From contig CAIRUC010000132.1 of the NCBI GenBank assembly GCA_903881665.1, positions 24,168 through 88,167 on the forward strand: 64,000 nt of DNA, given 5' to 3'. Positions 62,925 through 64,000 of this stretch are shown here, piece after piece. Every line of letters begins with the position of its first letter. The first letter of the stretch is position 1. The stretch comes from an uncultured Bacteroidota bacterium (GTDB lineage Bacteria > Bacteroidota > Bacteroidia > AKYH767-A > OLB10). The position numbers were made by a program, and so were the translations under genes. The notes under the pieces are model-generated. The model was not told where the DNA came from. It saw only the letters and a list, made by a program, of their open reading frames with translations, and made no database searches.

Positions 62925-63800
62925 TTGATGCACATAAAAAGCATAAATCCCATGAAAAAGTTCATCCTGATCCTTTCAGTGTTAATCGGCTTCGGTTCTC
63001 TGGCAAGTGCTCAAAACGTGCTTGATGGGGTGTACGTTAAGGAAGCTAATCCTGCACGCAGGGTTGTTCCATACACCTATTTGCGCGAGGCCGATGTTAT
63101 GTGGGCTAAACGTATTTGGCGCCATATTGATCTGAATGAAAAGATTAATGCTCCTTTACGTTTCCCAAGAAGTGGCGATACCAAGGATCGTAAAAACTTA
63201 ATCAATACGTTGATGGATGCGGTTAAAGAAGGCACTTTGGCGGCTTATGATCCGCAAGATGATGAGTTTACGCTTCCTATGACAACTGATATGTTTTCTA
63301 AGGTTGGGGGTGCAGATTCAATGACTATTAAGGTTACTCGACCTGATCCTCCATATGATGAATATGATTCTGTTGTATTTCGTGGATTCAATCCAGATGA
63401 CGTAATTCAGTATCGTATTAAAGAAGAGTGGTTCTTCGACAAACAACGCTCTGTGATGGAGACTAGGATTATTGGAATGGCTCCAATGACATTAGCTCGT
63501 GATCAGGAAGGTAATTTGATTGAAGGTGGTCAGAAAAAATTATTATTCTGGGTGTATTTCCCTGAAGCGCGACGAGTATTGGTGAATGCTGAAGTGGCAA
63601 ACCGCTATAATTCAGCGCAGCGTTTAACGTTTGATGATATTTTTTCGAAGCGTATGTTTAATAGCTATATCATTAAAGAAGATAACGTGTATAATCGTCG
63701 TATTGATGATTATAAAGCGAATCCGTTGGATGCTTTATTAGAGTCTGAAAGAATCAAACAAGATATGGTCAACTTCGAAATTGATTTATGGGAGTACTAA
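62925..63800 (+). CDS. gldN: Gliding motility / T9SS protein GldN (PorN homologue)
   Basis: 291 aa with a signal peptide. It is last in the operon and followed by a strong terminator. Confidence 0.8.
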   Translation: MMHIKSINPMKKFILILSVLIGFGSLASAQNVLDGVYVKEANPARRVVPYTYLREADVMWAKRIWRHIDLNEKINAPLRFPRSGDTKDRKNLINTLMDAVKEGTLAAYDPQDDEFTLPMTTDMFSKVGGADSMTIKVTRPDPPYDEYDSVVFRGFNPDDVIQYRIKEEWFFDKQRSVMETRIIGMAPMTLARDQEGNLIEGGQKKLLFWVYFPEARRVLVNAEVANRYNSAQRLTFDDIFSKRMFNSYIIKEDNVYNRRIDDYKANPLDALLESERIKQDMVNFEIDLWEY

Positions 63801-63820
63801 GAATATTACTCTTGAAAATA

Positions 63821-63851
63821 AAAAACCCCGATTCAAATCGGGGTTTTTTTA
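63821..63851 (+). terminator. Rho-independent terminator of the porP-gldKLMN operon
   Basis: aaaaa-ccccgat-tcaa-atcgggg-ttttttt. Confidence 0.75.
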
Positions 63852-64000
63852 TTTTAGGTATTGCTTGATTATTTACTGGGAGATGAAAATCTTGTTGATG
63901 CGTTTTATGGGGCCTGGGCAGAAATTTGAATGGCAATCACTACAAGCAGTTACCAGGTTATTGTGAGCTGCGATTTTAAGACTATCAGGAGCGTTTTTAA

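Overview
This 64-kb window reads as a chromosomal segment of a Bacteroidota (Bacteroidetes) bacterium. The evidence is the T9SS/gliding genes porP-gldK-gldL-gldM-gldN and gldA, two T9SS C-terminal-sorting-domain cargo proteins, histone-H1-like Lys/Ala/Pro tails, and a low-GC, AT-rich intergenic style. I count about 55 credible protein genes. Most are housekeeping: atpD-atpC, ribF, tig-clpP-clpX, thyA-folA, rbfA, dtd, rsgA, metK, anmK, murF, groES-groEL, secG, miaB and topA. There is one tRNA-Leu(UAG) and several clear rho-independent terminators. I found no CRISPR array, transposase, integrase or obvious defence or toxin cassette. Accessory content is limited to arsR-DUF-arsC, a 416-aa type-A CTD protein, a 1723-aa type-B CTD adhesin with about 16 tandem Ig-like repeats and 2 PKD domains, wza-wzc, LytS/LytTR and an NrtR-like Nudix protein. 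The most unusual signal is a 250-290-nt non-coding element present twice (about 1208-1493 and 29281-29531), with long near-identical blocks separated by short divergent stretches. Both copies lie in intergenic DNA and carry a Bacteroidetes-type -7 box (TAAATTTTTG); I could not assign them to a known RNA family by eye. Other points worth a second look are a 0.9-kb AT-rich gene-free gap carrying a (CTGTCC)4 microsatellite and a 9-bp perfect palindrome, an H1-like/SWIB protein encoded by 15-bp tandem DNA repeats, a topA with an H1-like tail, and an arginase-fold protein with degenerate metal-binding motifs immediately upstream of porP-gldKLMN. All functional calls come from reading the translated ORFs and sequence motifs; no database searches were run.
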